Shown here in pieces: positions 40,637-50,518 of a DNA stretch of 64,000 bases. Position 1 is the first letter of the stretch, and the number at the start of each line of letters is the position of its first letter. The notes beneath the pieces are model-generated. The model worked only from the letters and a program-made list of their open reading frames with translations, did no database searches and had not been told where the DNA came from. The stretch covers positions 992,001-1,056,000 of the forward strand of contig CBDDFZ010000001.1 of assembly GCA_965227515.1 (NCBI GenBank), in the 5' to 3' direction. The position numbers were made by a program, and so were the translations under genes. Origin of the DNA: Alphaproteobacteria bacterium (lineage in GTDB: Bacteria > Pseudomonadota > Alphaproteobacteria > CALKHQ01).

Positions 40637-41008
40637 CTACGGCTGGACGCAGTTGTTCGCCGCGCTGTCCCAGTAGCCGCCGAAGTTGGTGCACATCTGG
40701 CGCGCAATGCCCTCGCCGGTCTCGTCGTCGGGCTGCGACGGGTCGTCGTTCTCGCCGAAGCGCGCGCCGTTGGGGCCGCGGACGTCGTCCTGCAGGTCCG
40801 ATCCCGGATGCCCCGCCTGGCATTCGACGCCGGTGAACAGGCCGCACTCGTAGCCGCCGTCGGAGGTGACGCCAGGCGCATAGGAGCGGGCCGGCGCGGA
40901 ACTGCCCTGGCAGCCGGCGAGCGCGGCCGCGACAGCCATCATCGCCACGGTTCCGATTGACAGGAATGAGCGACCGGCCGCCGGCCGGTTGTTTCGAGAC
41001 ACACGCAT
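40637..41008 (-). CDS. Small Cys-rich lipoprotein
   Basis: Lipobox AALAG|CQ; C-terminal CTNFGGYWDSAANNCVQP. Confidence 0.72.
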   Translation of the reverse strand: MRVSRNNRPAAGRSFLSIGTVAMMAVAAALAGCQGSSAPARSYAPGVTSDGGYECGLFTGVECQAGHPGSDLQDDVRGPNGARFGENDDPSQPDDETGEGIARQMCTNFGGYWDSAANNCVQP

Positions 41009-41153
41009 ATGACCCCCGACGTATGTGGTGATGACCCCAACGGAGGGTCGTACAAGCAACGAAGGGTGTCAGGCTAGCGCACTTTGATGGCGGACAACAG
41101 TGCGGTAATCGGCACGCGCCAACCGCAGCCTGGCCAACCGCAGTCTGTATGTA

Positions 41154-41576
41154 TCAGCCTCGGCCGAACCAGCGGCGGCGGCCGCGGCGTTCGCCGGCCG
41201 GCGCGGTGCGATGCTCGGCGGGGTCGTCCAGCGTCTGGCCGGACGCCAGTTCCAGCGCGGTCCGGGGGTCGATGAATGGCCAGCGCCGGCAGATCAGGGC
41301 GGCGGCGCGATGAACGGCCTGCTCGGGCGAAGCGGTGCAGGCGGCTTGCCAGCGCGCCTGTTCGACGATGGCGACCAGTTCGTCGCCATCGATGGCCGCT
41401 TCTTCGGCATCAGAACCGAGGTCGTCATCGTCCGCGGCGTCCTGCGACGGGATGGGGTCGCCCCCGTCGACAATGGAGGGGTCGGGTCCATGCAACCAGC
41501 TGAATGGGGCGCGCGTCACGGCAATCCGGCCTGCAGTAGGGCGTGGCCCGTTCGACCACGCGGGGGATGCCGACAT
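41154..41576 (-). CDS. Hypothetical protein
   Basis: 140-aa ORF downstream of modC with an acidic patch and a helical core; no recognised motif. Confidence 0.5.
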   Translation of the reverse strand: MSASPAWSNGPRPTAGRIAVTRAPFSWLHGPDPSIVDGGDPIPSQDAADDDDLGSDAEEAAIDGDELVAIVEQARWQAACTASPEQAVHRAAALICRRWPFIDPRTALELASGQTLDDPAEHRTAPAGERRGRRRWFGRG

Positions 41577-41620
41577 TTGACCCCGGCTTGGTTAACCGAT
41601 GGTTGCGATCCTGGGCGCCA

Positions 41621-42769
41621 TCAATCCGCGCCGCTACGCATCCGGTCCACCGCCACCGCCTTGATCAGCGCCCAGACCCTTACCCCCGGCGCGAGGCCGA
41701 GCAGGTGGCGGGCGCGCTCGGTAACCCGGGCGATCAGGCGCACCTCGCCCGCATCGCCGTTGGCGGCAATCAGCACATCGACCTGGGCGTCGTTGACGGC
41801 GCCGATGTCGACGACCGTCGCCTCGATCTGGTTGAGCACGCTCAGCCCCCGCGGTTCCACCACCGCCAACGCCACGTCGCGGGCCAGCACGCGCAGGCGC
41901 ACCGCCGTGCCGACCGGGTCGGGCAGCGCCGGCACCCGGAACGTGTTGCCGCCGCAGCGCAGTTCGCTGAGCCCGTGGGTCAAATCCTTGCCGGCGACCC
42001 GGGCCTGCAACACCACGCCGGCATCGCCCTCGCCGAACGCGGCCTGCAGGTCCAGCCGCTGGGCCAGATCGAACAGCGGCCCGTCCGCCCGCACCATGCC
42101 TGCATCCAGCACCACCAGCCGGTCGGCCAGCCGTGCGACCTCGCGGAAGTCGTGGCTGATATAGACCATCGGCAGGCCGACATCGTCGCGCAGCCGCTCG
42201 ATCAACGGCAGGATCTGTGCCTTGCGCGGCGGGTCGAGCGACGCCAGCGGCTCGTCCAGCACCAACAGTCGCGGGCGGGCAAGCAGCGCCCGGCCGATGG
42301 CGACCCGCTGGCGCTCACCGCCGGAAAGCGTGTGCGGCCGCCGCCGCAACAGGCCGCCCAGACCGAGCAGTTCGATGATTTGCGCGCGGTCGACCTTGAC
42401 GCGGCCATCGTCCGCACGTGCCGCGCGCCGGGCGCCATAGTCGAGATTGCCCTCCACCGACAGGTGCGGCAGCAGCAGGCCGTCCTGGAACACATAGCCG
42501 ACGCGGCGGCGTTCCGGCGGCAGGTTGATGCGCCGCGCGCCGTCATAGACTGGCGTGCCATCCAGCCGGATGTGGCCGCTCTCCGGCCGCGCCAGCCCGG
42601 CGATGGCGTTGGCGATGGTGCTCTTGCCGGCGCCGGACGCGCCGAAGATCGCGGTGATGCTTCCCGCCGGGGCCGCGAATGCCGCCTCCAGACGGAAATC
42701 GCCGCGCCTGGCCCGGATCGCGATGTCCAGCCCGCCCGCCGGCGCGGCCATGGTCGCTTGTCCCGTCAT
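41621..42769 (-). CDS. modC: Molybdate ABC transporter ATP-binding protein
   Basis: GASGAGKST, LSGGERQRVAIGRALL; C-terminal TOBE (ALIKAV). Confidence 0.95.
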   Translation of the reverse strand: MTGQATMAAPAGGLDIAIRARRGDFRLEAAFAAPAGSITAIFGASGAGKSTIANAIAGLARPESGHIRLDGTPVYDGARRINLPPERRRVGYVFQDGLLLPHLSVEGNLDYGARRAARADDGRVKVDRAQIIELLGLGGLLRRRPHTLSGGERQRVAIGRALLARPRLLVLDEPLASLDPPRKAQILPLIERLRDDVGLPMVYISHDFREVARLADRLVVLDAGMVRADGPLFDLAQRLDLQAAFGEGDAGVVLQARVAGKDLTHGLSELRCGGNTFRVPALPDPVGTAVRLRVLARDVALAVVEPRGLSVLNQIEATVVDIGAVNDAQVDVLIAANGDAGEVRLIARVTERARHLLGLAPGVRVWALIKAVAVDRMRSGAD

Positions 42770-43470
42770 GACCCTGCCTGCCCGATCCTGCGGCGGGCAC
42801 GGGCGGCAAGTGCCTCCGATGCGAGCAGGGCCGCGAACGCGATCACCAGGGAGATCACCACCAGGCGGGTCGCCTCGTCATCGTGACCGGGCTGCTGGGT
42901 GAGCTGGAACAGGGCCAGCGGCAGGGTCTGGGTTTCGCCCGGAATGTTAGAAACGAAGGTGATGGTGGCGCCGAATTCGCCCAGGCTGCGCGCGAAGGCG
43001 ACGGTGGCACCGGCCAGCAGGCCGGGCAGCGCCATCGGCATGGTGACCGACCAGAACGCGCCCCACGCGCTGGCGCCCAGCGTGCGGGCGGCCAGTTCCA
43101 GCCGGCGGTCGATGGTCTCCAATGACAGGCGGATGGCCCGCACCATCAGCGGGAACGCGATCACGGCCGACGCGATGGCCGCCCCCTGCCAGGTGAAGGC
43201 GACCGTGATGTCGAAGGTGTCGTACAGCCAGCCGCCGACCGCGCCCCGCCGGCCGAGCACGACAAGCAGCAGGTAGCCCACCACGACCGGCGGCACCACC
43301 AGCGGCACATGGACCAGCGCGTTGAGCAGCGCGTGGCCGGGAAAGCGCCGCCGGGCCAGCAGCCACGCCACCGCGACGCCGAACGGCAACGAGCACACGG
43401 TGCTCCACAGCGCGACACGCAGGCTCAGCACCAGCGCTTCCAGCTCGAACGGGGTCAGCGACAGGTCCAT
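42766..43470 (-). CDS. modB: Molybdate ABC transporter permease
   Basis: PLVVPPVVVGYLLL and FARSLGEFGATITFVSNIPGETQTLPLA. Confidence 0.96.
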   Translation of the reverse strand: MDLSLTPFELEALVLSLRVALWSTVCSLPFGVAVAWLLARRRFPGHALLNALVHVPLVVPPVVVGYLLLVVLGRRGAVGGWLYDTFDITVAFTWQGAAIASAVIAFPLMVRAIRLSLETIDRRLELAARTLGASAWGAFWSVTMPMALPGLLAGATVAFARSLGEFGATITFVSNIPGETQTLPLALFQLTQQPGHDDEATRLVVISLVIAFAALLASEALAARARRRIGQAGS

Positions 43471-43471
43471 T

Positions 43472-43637
43472 CTAGTGTCCCGAATCTGAGGTTCGTCACA
43501 GTGTTTGCTGGCCTCGATCGAACTTCAGATTCGATTGGGACACTAGCAAGCTATTGAATCTAGTGTGGTTTCTGGTTTCGAAGTTCGTCAAGATGGCTGC
43601 GGCGATAATCGGACGAACTTCGAATCCACCACACTAG
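43472..43637. repeat. Double-hairpin CTAG-bounded intergenic repeat (CIR/RIME-like) with four GANTC sites
   Basis: CTAGTGTCCC..GGGACACTAG (43472-43546) and CTAGTGTGG..CCACACTAG (43560-43637); GANTC at 43482, 43528, 43556 and 43622. Confidence 0.8.
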
Positions 43638-43667
43638 GGTGCGATCAAGATCGGTACGGCCATCGGA

Positions 43668-44501
43668 TCAAGGTGCGAGCAGGCCATGGGCGATGAGCGC
43701 ATCACGCCCCTCCGGCCCCGCGATGAAGGCACAAAACGCCGCCGCGGCCTCGCGGTCGCCATCGGCGACGATGCCGGCCTGATAGACGATGGGCGCGTGC
43801 AGCTCTGCTGGGATCTCCAACAGGATGTCAACGCCGTCCGTATTGGCGGCGTCGCTGCGATAACCGATGCCGGCGGCGACCTCGCCGCGCGCCACCAGCA
43901 CCAACAGGGCCGCCGCATTGGCGGCATTGACCAGCCGGGACTCGAACTCGGCCCACACCCCTGCCCCCTGCAGCGCCTCGCGGGCATAGGTACCGACCGG
44001 GGCTGCCGCCGGGTCGCCGATGGCCAGCCGATCGTCGCCGACCAGCCTCGACAAATTGGCAAGCGTGGCGAGCGGTGCCTCCGGGGCTGGCAGATCCGCC
44101 GCGCGCATCACCACCAGGCGATTGCGCGCGATCGCGGTCACGCTGTCGGCCGTTACCGCGCCCGCCGCCGCCAGATAGGTCATCCAATCCACATTGGCGG
44201 CGACATAGAGATCGGCGGGCGCGCCCTGTTCGATCTGGCGCGCCAGCATGCCGCTGGATCCTGGCACGATCAGCAGATCGTGGCCGGTCTGCTCGTGGAA
44301 TGGCACGCGCATTGCTTCGATGACGTCGGCAAGGCTGGCAGCCACATAGACCCTGACCTCGCCCGCGAAGGCCTGCGCGCCCGACAGTGCACTCGACAGT
44401 GCAAGGGCGCCGATTGCCACGACGATGGCCAGGGCGGCAGCGAGGAAGGAGCGCCCGGTTGCGCGCAGATGGGTCAAACGGTGTGCCAGTTCTGGTGCCA
44501 T
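43668..44501 (-). CDS. modA: Molybdate ABC transporter substrate-binding protein (start uncertain)
   Basis: AASL, GSSG.LARQIEQGAPAD, NRLV, P.G.YA.EAL and Y.SDA motifs. Confidence 0.93.
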   Translation of the reverse strand: MAPELAHRLTHLRATGRSFLAAALAIVVAIGALALSSALSGAQAFAGEVRVYVAASLADVIEAMRVPFHEQTGHDLLIVPGSSGMLARQIEQGAPADLYVAANVDWMTYLAAAGAVTADSVTAIARNRLVVMRAADLPAPEAPLATLANLSRLVGDDRLAIGDPAAAPVGTYAREALQGAGVWAEFESRLVNAANAAALLVLVARGEVAAGIGYRSDAANTDGVDILLEIPAELHAPIVYQAGIVADGDREAAAAFCAFIAGPEGRDALIAHGLLAP

Positions 44502-44674
44502 GTCGCGGGCTGATTCGGGGGCCTTTTGGAGACCGCCATCGACCTGCAACCCATATCGGGCGGTTGCACGCGCGGTTGTGCTGGTCCAAGGGCCTGTGTT
44601 AGTGCAAGAGTTACATAATCAAGAGGGATTGGGCATGCAAAGCCTGATCCTGGGGGTCACGAGGGAGATACGTG

Positions 44675-45700
44675 ATGAAGAAATGCATGTTGTTGGCCGG
44701 TGCTGCGGCCACTGCGATGACCGTGAGCGGTGCGGCGTTCGCCGGTGCGGACCTTGATGCCATCGTCGAGCGTGGCGAGCTGATCTGCGGCGTCAGCACC
44801 GGCCTGGCCGGTTTCTCGCTGACCGACAGCGAAGGCACCTGGACGGGCCTGGACGTCGACTACTGCAAGGCCGTCGCGGCCGCCATTCTCGGCGATGCCG
44901 GTGCCGTCAACTACGTGCCGTTGAGCGCGCAGCAGCGTTTCACCGCCCTGCAGTCGGGCGAGGTCGACCTTCTGTCGCGCAACACCACCTGGACGCTGAC
45001 CCGCGATACCTCGCTGGGCCTGAACTTCGCCGGCGTCACCTTCTACGACGGTCAGGGCTTCATGGTGCCGGCCGATCTCGGCGTGACCAGCGCGATGGAG
45101 CTGGACGGCGCGTCGGTGTGCGTGCAGACCGGCACCACCACCGAGCTGAACCTGGCCGACTTCTTCCGCGCCAACGGCATGAGCTATGACGCGGTGGTGT
45201 TCGAGAGCCTGGAAGAATCCAAGACCGCATTCTTCAACGGCCGCTGCAACATCTACACGACCGACGCCTCGGGCCTTGCCTCGATCCGCTCGGTGGATGC
45301 GCCGAACCCGGCCGACTACGTGATCCTGCCGGAGCTGGCCTCGAAAGAGCCCCTGGGCCCGGCCGTGCGCCATGGCGACGACCAGTTCCTCGACATCGTG
45401 AAGTGGGTGGTCTACGCGACCATCGAGGCCGAGGAAAAGGGCATCACGATGGACAACGTGGCTGACATGGCCGCCAGCAGCGAAGACCCGACCGTGCAGC
45501 GCCTGCTGGGCCAGACCCCCGGCATGGGCGAGGCCCTTGGCCTGTCCGAGGACTGGGCGGTCAACGTGATCTCCGCCGTCGGCAACTATGGCGAGATCTT
45601 CGAGCGCAATGTCGGCCCCGACACCCCGCTGAACCTGCCGCGTGGCCTGAACGCGCTGTGGACCGATGGCGGGTTGATGTACGCAATGCCGGCACGCTGA
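44675..45700 (+). CDS. aapJ: General L-amino acid ABC transporter substrate-binding protein (AapJ/BztA)
   Basis: LICGVSTGLAGFS, RFTALQSGEVDLLSRNTTWT, SKEPLGP and VGNYGEIFERN motifs. Confidence 0.93.
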   Translation: MKKCMLLAGAAATAMTVSGAAFAGADLDAIVERGELICGVSTGLAGFSLTDSEGTWTGLDVDYCKAVAAAILGDAGAVNYVPLSAQQRFTALQSGEVDLLSRNTTWTLTRDTSLGLNFAGVTFYDGQGFMVPADLGVTSAMELDGASVCVQTGTTTELNLADFFRANGMSYDAVVFESLEESKTAFFNGRCNIYTTDASGLASIRSVDAPNPADYVILPELASKEPLGPAVRHGDDQFLDIVKWVVYATIEAEEKGITMDNVADMAASSEDPTVQRLLGQTPGMGEALGLSEDWAVNVISAVGNYGEIFERNVGPDTPLNLPRGLNALWTDGGLMYAMPAR

Positions 45701-45774
45701 CCGGCGATAGGCGATAGGACCGGGTACGCCACGGCGGCGCGCCCGGTCCGCTCGCTCCCAACAGCACCAGAACC

Positions 45775-46968
45775 ATGTCCCGGACGCCCGCGCAGGCGCC
45801 CCCCGCTCAAGGTCTATTCAGCGGCGGATTGGGCAACGCCACATTGCGCGCCGTCATCTACCAAGTCGTCTTCGTCATCGTCCTGGTGGCGCTCGGCTGG
45901 TGGATCGTCAACAACACCATCGACAACCTGCGTGAACTGGAGATCCAGGCCGGCTTCGGCTACCTGTCCGAAGAAGCCGGCATGCCGATTTCCGACACGT
46001 TGGTGTCGTATGCGGAAACCGACACCTACTTCCGCGCGTTCATCGTCGGCGTCCTGAACACGCTGAAGGTCGCGGCCGTCGGTGTGGTCCTGGCCACTAT
46101 TCTGGGCACCATCGTCGGTGTGTCGCGCCTGTCGCACAATTGGCTGGTGGCCAAGCTGGCGTCGATCTACGTCGAGACCGTCCGCAACATCCCGCTGCTG
46201 CTGCAGCTCTTCTTCTGGTACTCGCTGATCACGGCGATCCTGCCGGAAAACTCAGATCCGTTCTTCCTGACATCGACCGTCGTGCTGTCCAAGGCGGGGC
46301 TGCTGTATCCCGTGCCGGTGCCGCACTTCGGCTGGCTGCTGGCGGTGATCGGCATCGTGGTTGCCATCGGCATCGCATTCTACCTCAAGCGACTTGCGCA
46401 CAAGCGCCAGGACCAGACCGGACAGCCAATGAGCATCTGGTACTGGGTGATCCTGGCACTGATTGTCTGCCCGGCCGCGGGCTGGGCAATTTCCGGCGCG
46501 CCGACCGAGTTCATCTACCCGGAGATCAACCGCTTCGGCGTGCGCGGCGGCGGCTCGATCTCGCCGGAGTTCATGGCGCTGCTGCTGGGCCTGGTGATCT
46601 ACACCGCCGGCTTCATCGCGGAGATCGTGCGCAGCGGCATCCAGGCCATCAGCCACGGCCAGACCGAGGCGTCGTTCGCGCTCGGGCTGACCCGCGGCCA
46701 GACGCTGCGGCTGGTCACGCTGCCGCAGGCGATGCGGGTGATCATCCCGCCGATGACCAGCCAATACCTGAACCTGACCAAGAACAGCTCGCTGGCGGTC
46801 GCCATCGGCTATCAGGAACTGGTCTCCATCACCAACACGACGTTGAACCAGACCGGACAGGCGATCGAGCCGCTGGCGCTGGCGATGGCCATCTACATGA
46901 CCATCAGCCTGTCGATCTCGATGTTCATGAACTGGTACGACAAGAAGATCGCGCTGAAGGAGCGGTGA
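45775..46968 (+). CDS. aapQ: General L-amino acid ABC transporter permease (AapQ/BztB)
   Basis: RNIPLLLQL, AEIVRSGI and QYLNLTKNSSLAVAIGY motifs. Confidence 0.92.
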   Translation: MSRTPAQAPPAQGLFSGGLGNATLRAVIYQVVFVIVLVALGWWIVNNTIDNLRELEIQAGFGYLSEEAGMPISDTLVSYAETDTYFRAFIVGVLNTLKVAAVGVVLATILGTIVGVSRLSHNWLVAKLASIYVETVRNIPLLLQLFFWYSLITAILPENSDPFFLTSTVVLSKAGLLYPVPVPHFGWLLAVIGIVVAIGIAFYLKRLAHKRQDQTGQPMSIWYWVILALIVCPAAGWAISGAPTEFIYPEINRFGVRGGGSISPEFMALLLGLVIYTAGFIAEIVRSGIQAISHGQTEASFALGLTRGQTLRLVTLPQAMRVIIPPMTSQYLNLTKNSSLAVAIGYQELVSITNTTLNQTGQAIEPLALAMAIYMTISLSISMFMNWYDKKIALKER

Positions 46969-46969
46969 G

Positions 46970-48169
46970 GTGACGGCGGAAGACACAACCACTCCGCGCA
47001 CCGAGGTGCCCCTCAGCGCGCGGCTCGCCGCCAACCCGGTCACCGCGTGGGCGCGTTCCAACCTGTTTTCGAGCTGGTGGAACGCCATCCTGACGCTGAT
47101 CTGCGTGGTGCTGGCGTTCCTGGCATTGTCCAGCCTGCTGAACTGGGCGGTGTTCGACGCGATATGGTCTGACGTGGAGGCGGCGGTCTGTAAGGACCAG
47201 CGTGCCGCGGCGGCCGCCTATCAGGCGCAGCAGGCCGAGATCGCGGCCGGTGTCGAGTTTGCCGAGCAGGACCTTCTGGAGCAGACCAGCTCCGGTGCCT
47301 GTTGGGCCATCATCCACGAGAAATACCGGCTGATCCTGTTCGGCCGCTATCCTTTCGCCGAGCAATGGCGGCCGCTGATCGCCATGGTGCTGTTCGTCGG
47401 GCTGGTCGGCATCTCGTGCTATCCGGGGGCCTGGGGCCGCCCGTTGATGGTTGCGTGGCCGGTGGGGCTGGTCGTCTGCGGCTTGCTGATGTTCGGCGGC
47501 GTGTTCGGCATGGAATTCGTCGAGACCGCGCTGTGGGGCGGGTTACCGCTGACGCTCATATTATCGGTCTTCGGCTGCGTGCTCGCGTTCCCGATCGCGA
47601 TCCTGCTCGCGTTGGGGCGAAGATCGGAGATGCCGATCATCAAGGCGATCTGCGTCGGCTTCATCGAGCTGATACGCGGCGTGCCGCTGATCACCATCCT
47701 GTTCATGGCCAGCTTCATGATCCCGCTGTTCCTGCCGGGCAAGATCTCGGTGGACAAGCTGGTGTTCCCGCTGTTGGGCTTCGTCATCTTCACCGCCGCC
47801 TACCTGGCCGAGGTGATCCGTGGCGGCCTGGCCAGCCTGCCGCGCGGCCAGTACGAGGCCGCTGACGCGCTGGGGCTCAGCTACTGGAAGAAGACGCGGC
47901 TGATCATCCTGCCGCAGGCGTTGAAGAAGGTGATCCCGCCGATCGTCAACACCATCATCGGCGCGTTCAAGGACACCTCGCTGGTGGTCATCATCTCGCT
48001 GACCGACCTGCTGCTGGCCGCGCGCTCGGCGTTTTCGGACCCGGAATGGCGGCCGTTCTTCGTCGAAGTCTACGTCTTCACCGCGTTGATCTATTTCGTG
48101 TTCTGCTTCTCGATGTCGAAGTACAGCCAGTGGCTGGAGCGCGATTTGGCTAAGGGCGAGCGCCGATGA
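46970..48169 (+). CDS. aapM: General L-amino acid ABC transporter permease (AapM/BztC)
   Basis: [30 protein letters not shown] and FKDTSLV motifs. Confidence 0.92.
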   Translation: MTAEDTTTPRTEVPLSARLAANPVTAWARSNLFSSWWNAILTLICVVLAFLALSSLLNWAVFDAIWSDVEAAVCKDQRAAAAAYQAQQAEIAAGVEFAEQDLLEQTSSGACWAIIHEKYRLILFGRYPFAEQWRPLIAMVLFVGLVGISCYPGAWGRPLMVAWPVGLVVCGLLMFGGVFGMEFVETALWGGLPLTLILSVFGCVLAFPIAILLALGRRSEMPIIKAICVGFIELIRGVPLITILFMASFMIPLFLPGKISVDKLVFPLLGFVIFTAAYLAEVIRGGLASLPRGQYEAADALGLSYWKKTRLIILPQALKKVIPPIVNTIIGAFKDTSLVVIISLTDLLLAARSAFSDPEWRPFFVEVYVFTALIYFVFCFSMSKYSQWLERDLAKGERR

Positions 48170-48957
48170 GCGCGGCGCCCCAGGACCGGAGCCCACCCAT
48201 GAGCGACATTGCCGACGGCACCAACGCCGCCATCATGATGACCGGCGTGAACAAGTGGTACGGCCAGTTCCACGTGCTGCGCGACATCAACTTCACGGTC
48301 AACAAGGGCGAGAAGCTGGTGGTGTGCGGCCCGTCGGGCTCCGGCAAGTCGACGCTGATCCGCTGCGTCAACCGGCTGGAGGAGCACCAGTCGGGCTCGA
48401 TCGTTGTCGACGGCATCGAGCTGACCAACGACCTGAAGAACATCGAGCTGGTGCGCCGCGAAGTCGGCATGGTGTTCCAGAGCTTCAACCTGTTCCCGCA
48501 TCTTTCGGTGCTGGAGAACCTGACGCTGGCGCCGATCTGGGTGCGCAAGATGCCGAAGGCGGAGGCCGAGGAACGGGCGATGCACTACCTGGAGCGGGTG
48601 AAGATCCCGGAGCAGGCCAACAAGTACCCGGGCCAGTTGTCCGGCGGCCAGCAGCAGCGCGTCGCGATTGCGCGGGCCTTGTGCATGCGTCCGAAGATCA
48701 TGCTGTTCGACGAGCCGACGTCCGCCCTGGACCCGGAAATGGTGAAAGAGGTGCTGGACACCATGGTAGAGCTGGCCCGGGAGGGCATGACCATGGTCTG
48801 CGTGACCCACGAGATGGGCTTCGCGCGCCAGGTGGCCGACCTGGTGGTGTTCATGGCAGACGGCGAGATCGTGGAGACCGCGCCGCCGGAGGACTTCTTC
48901 TCCAACCCGCGCGAAGAGCGCACCAAGCTGTTCCTCAGCCAGATTTTGCAGCACTAG
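48166..48957 (+). CDS. aapP: General L-amino acid ABC transporter ATP-binding protein (AapP/BztD)
   Basis: [26 protein letters not shown] and [12 protein letters not shown] motifs. Confidence 0.95.
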   Translation: MSAAPQDRSPPMSDIADGTNAAIMMTGVNKWYGQFHVLRDINFTVNKGEKLVVCGPSGSGKSTLIRCVNRLEEHQSGSIVVDGIELTNDLKNIELVRREVGMVFQSFNLFPHLSVLENLTLAPIWVRKMPKAEAEERAMHYLERVKIPEQANKYPGQLSGGQQQRVAIARALCMRPKIMLFDEPTSALDPEMVKEVLDTMVELAREGMTMVCVTHEMGFARQVADLVVFMADGEIVETAPPEDFFSNPREERTKLFLSQILQH

Positions 48958-48972
48958 GCGCCAGCAAACGCC

Positions 48973-49374
48973 TCAGTCCGGCAGCTGCAGGTCCATCACC
49001 ACGAACACCGTGACCGGGTCGCCGTTGGGCGCGGTGCGGTCCTCAAGCCGGCCAATGACAGCGATCTGCCCGCTGTGCTGGCTGACCGCGCCCACCACGC
49101 GCTCCCGCAACAAGTCCTCGCGTGCGCCGATCAGCGGCTCGAACTCGATCAGGTTCAAACGGTGCTCGGTGCCGTCTTCCGCCACCGCGATGGTCCAGGT
49201 CGGGCAGGGCGCACGAATACACACGATGCCGGCGTCGCGCAGCAGGTAGTTCTCGATAGCCGCGGCGGGTTCGGCGGCAACGGCCGCGTTCGGGGCAGCC
49301 GATACGCACCCCAGCGTCGTCACCGCGGTCAATAGCAGCGCCGCCAAGGCGGTACGCCGCACTGTCATGATCAT
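48973..49374 (-). CDS. Hypothetical exported protein with CIRAPCP motif
   Basis: GAGGT RBS; signal-like N-terminus; D.GIVCIRAPCP motif. Confidence 0.65.
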   Translation of the reverse strand: MIMTVRRTALAALLLTAVTTLGCVSAAPNAAVAAEPAAAIENYLLRDAGIVCIRAPCPTWTIAVAEDGTEHRLNLIEFEPLIGAREDLLRERVVGAVSQHSGQIAVIGRLEDRTAPNGDPVTVFVVMDLQLPD

Positions 49375-49523
49375 GGCACACCTCGAAACCGGTCTCGGGT
49401 CGCCCATCCCTGCCTTGCCAAGCTCCAACTTGGCGATCAATGTTGGCGCAACCAAGGCGCCCCGTCGGTCGCGTTCGTATTTGGGGTCGGTCGCGACCCG
49501 GCTCGGGCGCGGGAGGACGCGTC

Positions 49524-50357
49524 ATGCGATCGCGCATCCGGCCTGGGTTGGCTGTTCTCTCCGTCGCCATGGCGGCGGCGTTCGCCGCGCCCGCCGCCGC
49601 GCAGGACTGCTCCGGGACCTGGGCAATCCTGACCGGTAGCCAGCAGATCAGCGGCGCCACGGCGCAACCGCTGCCGGCGCAGTCGGTCGACACCACCTGG
49701 GTCATGCGCCAGACCAGCGGCAGCGGCGATCTCTACGGCACCTGGCGGCTGGTGCGCATCGTGTCGGAGTTCCTTTTTCTGCAACCGCTGCCGGTCGTGC
49801 CGCCGCCCAGCTACTACAACACGCAGGTTGGCGCCCAAGTGTTCGCCTGTGCCGACACATTCACGGCCACCTCCTCGGTCCACGCCTGCGACTGGGGCGT
49901 CGACTACCAGGTGACGCCGCAAGGCATCTTTCTGGGCCAGGTCCAGGTCGGCAGCGCAAGCCCCGGCCTGCTCACCATCACCGAGCCGGGCGTGCCGAAC
50001 ATGCCGAGCCTGACGATGACCGGCACGCCGGCGCCCATCGACGGCCTGGTCAGCCTGTCCGCCACCGCGCAGCGCAACTCCGCCAACGCGCCTCAGGCCT
50101 ACAGGGTGTTCCTCACCGTCCACGTTCGGCCCGGCCAGCTGCTCAGCCGGGTCGAGCTGGTCCATTTCTTCAGCGGCGTCTCGCAATCGCCGATGCAGGT
50201 CAATCCCGACCGGGCATCGGGCACCATCGTGCTGACGTTCGCCGGACTTAACGGCCTGCCCGACCACGTTCTCGACCAGCCGATGTCGTTGATGGTGAAC
50301 ATGGGCGACTGCCGGATCGCCCGAAGTATCACCTTACGCGGGATACTGGTGCCGTGA
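49524..50357 (+). CDS. Hypothetical secreted beta-rich protein
   Basis: GGAGG RBS; signal peptide ...AAPAAA|QDCSGTW; coding-like codon usage. Confidence 0.7.
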   Translation: MRSRIRPGLAVLSVAMAAAFAAPAAAQDCSGTWAILTGSQQISGATAQPLPAQSVDTTWVMRQTSGSGDLYGTWRLVRIVSEFLFLQPLPVVPPPSYYNTQVGAQVFACADTFTATSSVHACDWGVDYQVTPQGIFLGQVQVGSASPGLLTITEPGVPNMPSLTMTGTPAPIDGLVSLSATAQRNSANAPQAYRVFLTVHVRPGQLLSRVELVHFFSGVSQSPMQVNPDRASGTIVLTFAGLNGLPDHVLDQPMSLMVNMGDCRIARSITLRGILVP

Positions 50358-50372
50358 GTGGCGTCGCCTATT

Positions 50373-50518
50373 TAAGTCGGCACCGGCCCTCTCCCCCACG
50401 CGGCCACCTACGTGAGTATCCTGCTGGGTGGCCGGGTGCCAAAAGGGAGCGCGGATGCGCGACCGCATGGATATGGGAGAGGGCTGGCGCAGATTCAGCG
50501 CAAGCTGATCATGCCCTA
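50373..50518 (+). repeat. Hairpin MITE copy E (AGTATCCTG loop; ~36-bp insert in right arm; abuts IS630)
   Basis: Same arms; tail ends GATCATGCCCTA at the TA shared with the IS630 left end. Confidence 0.88.
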
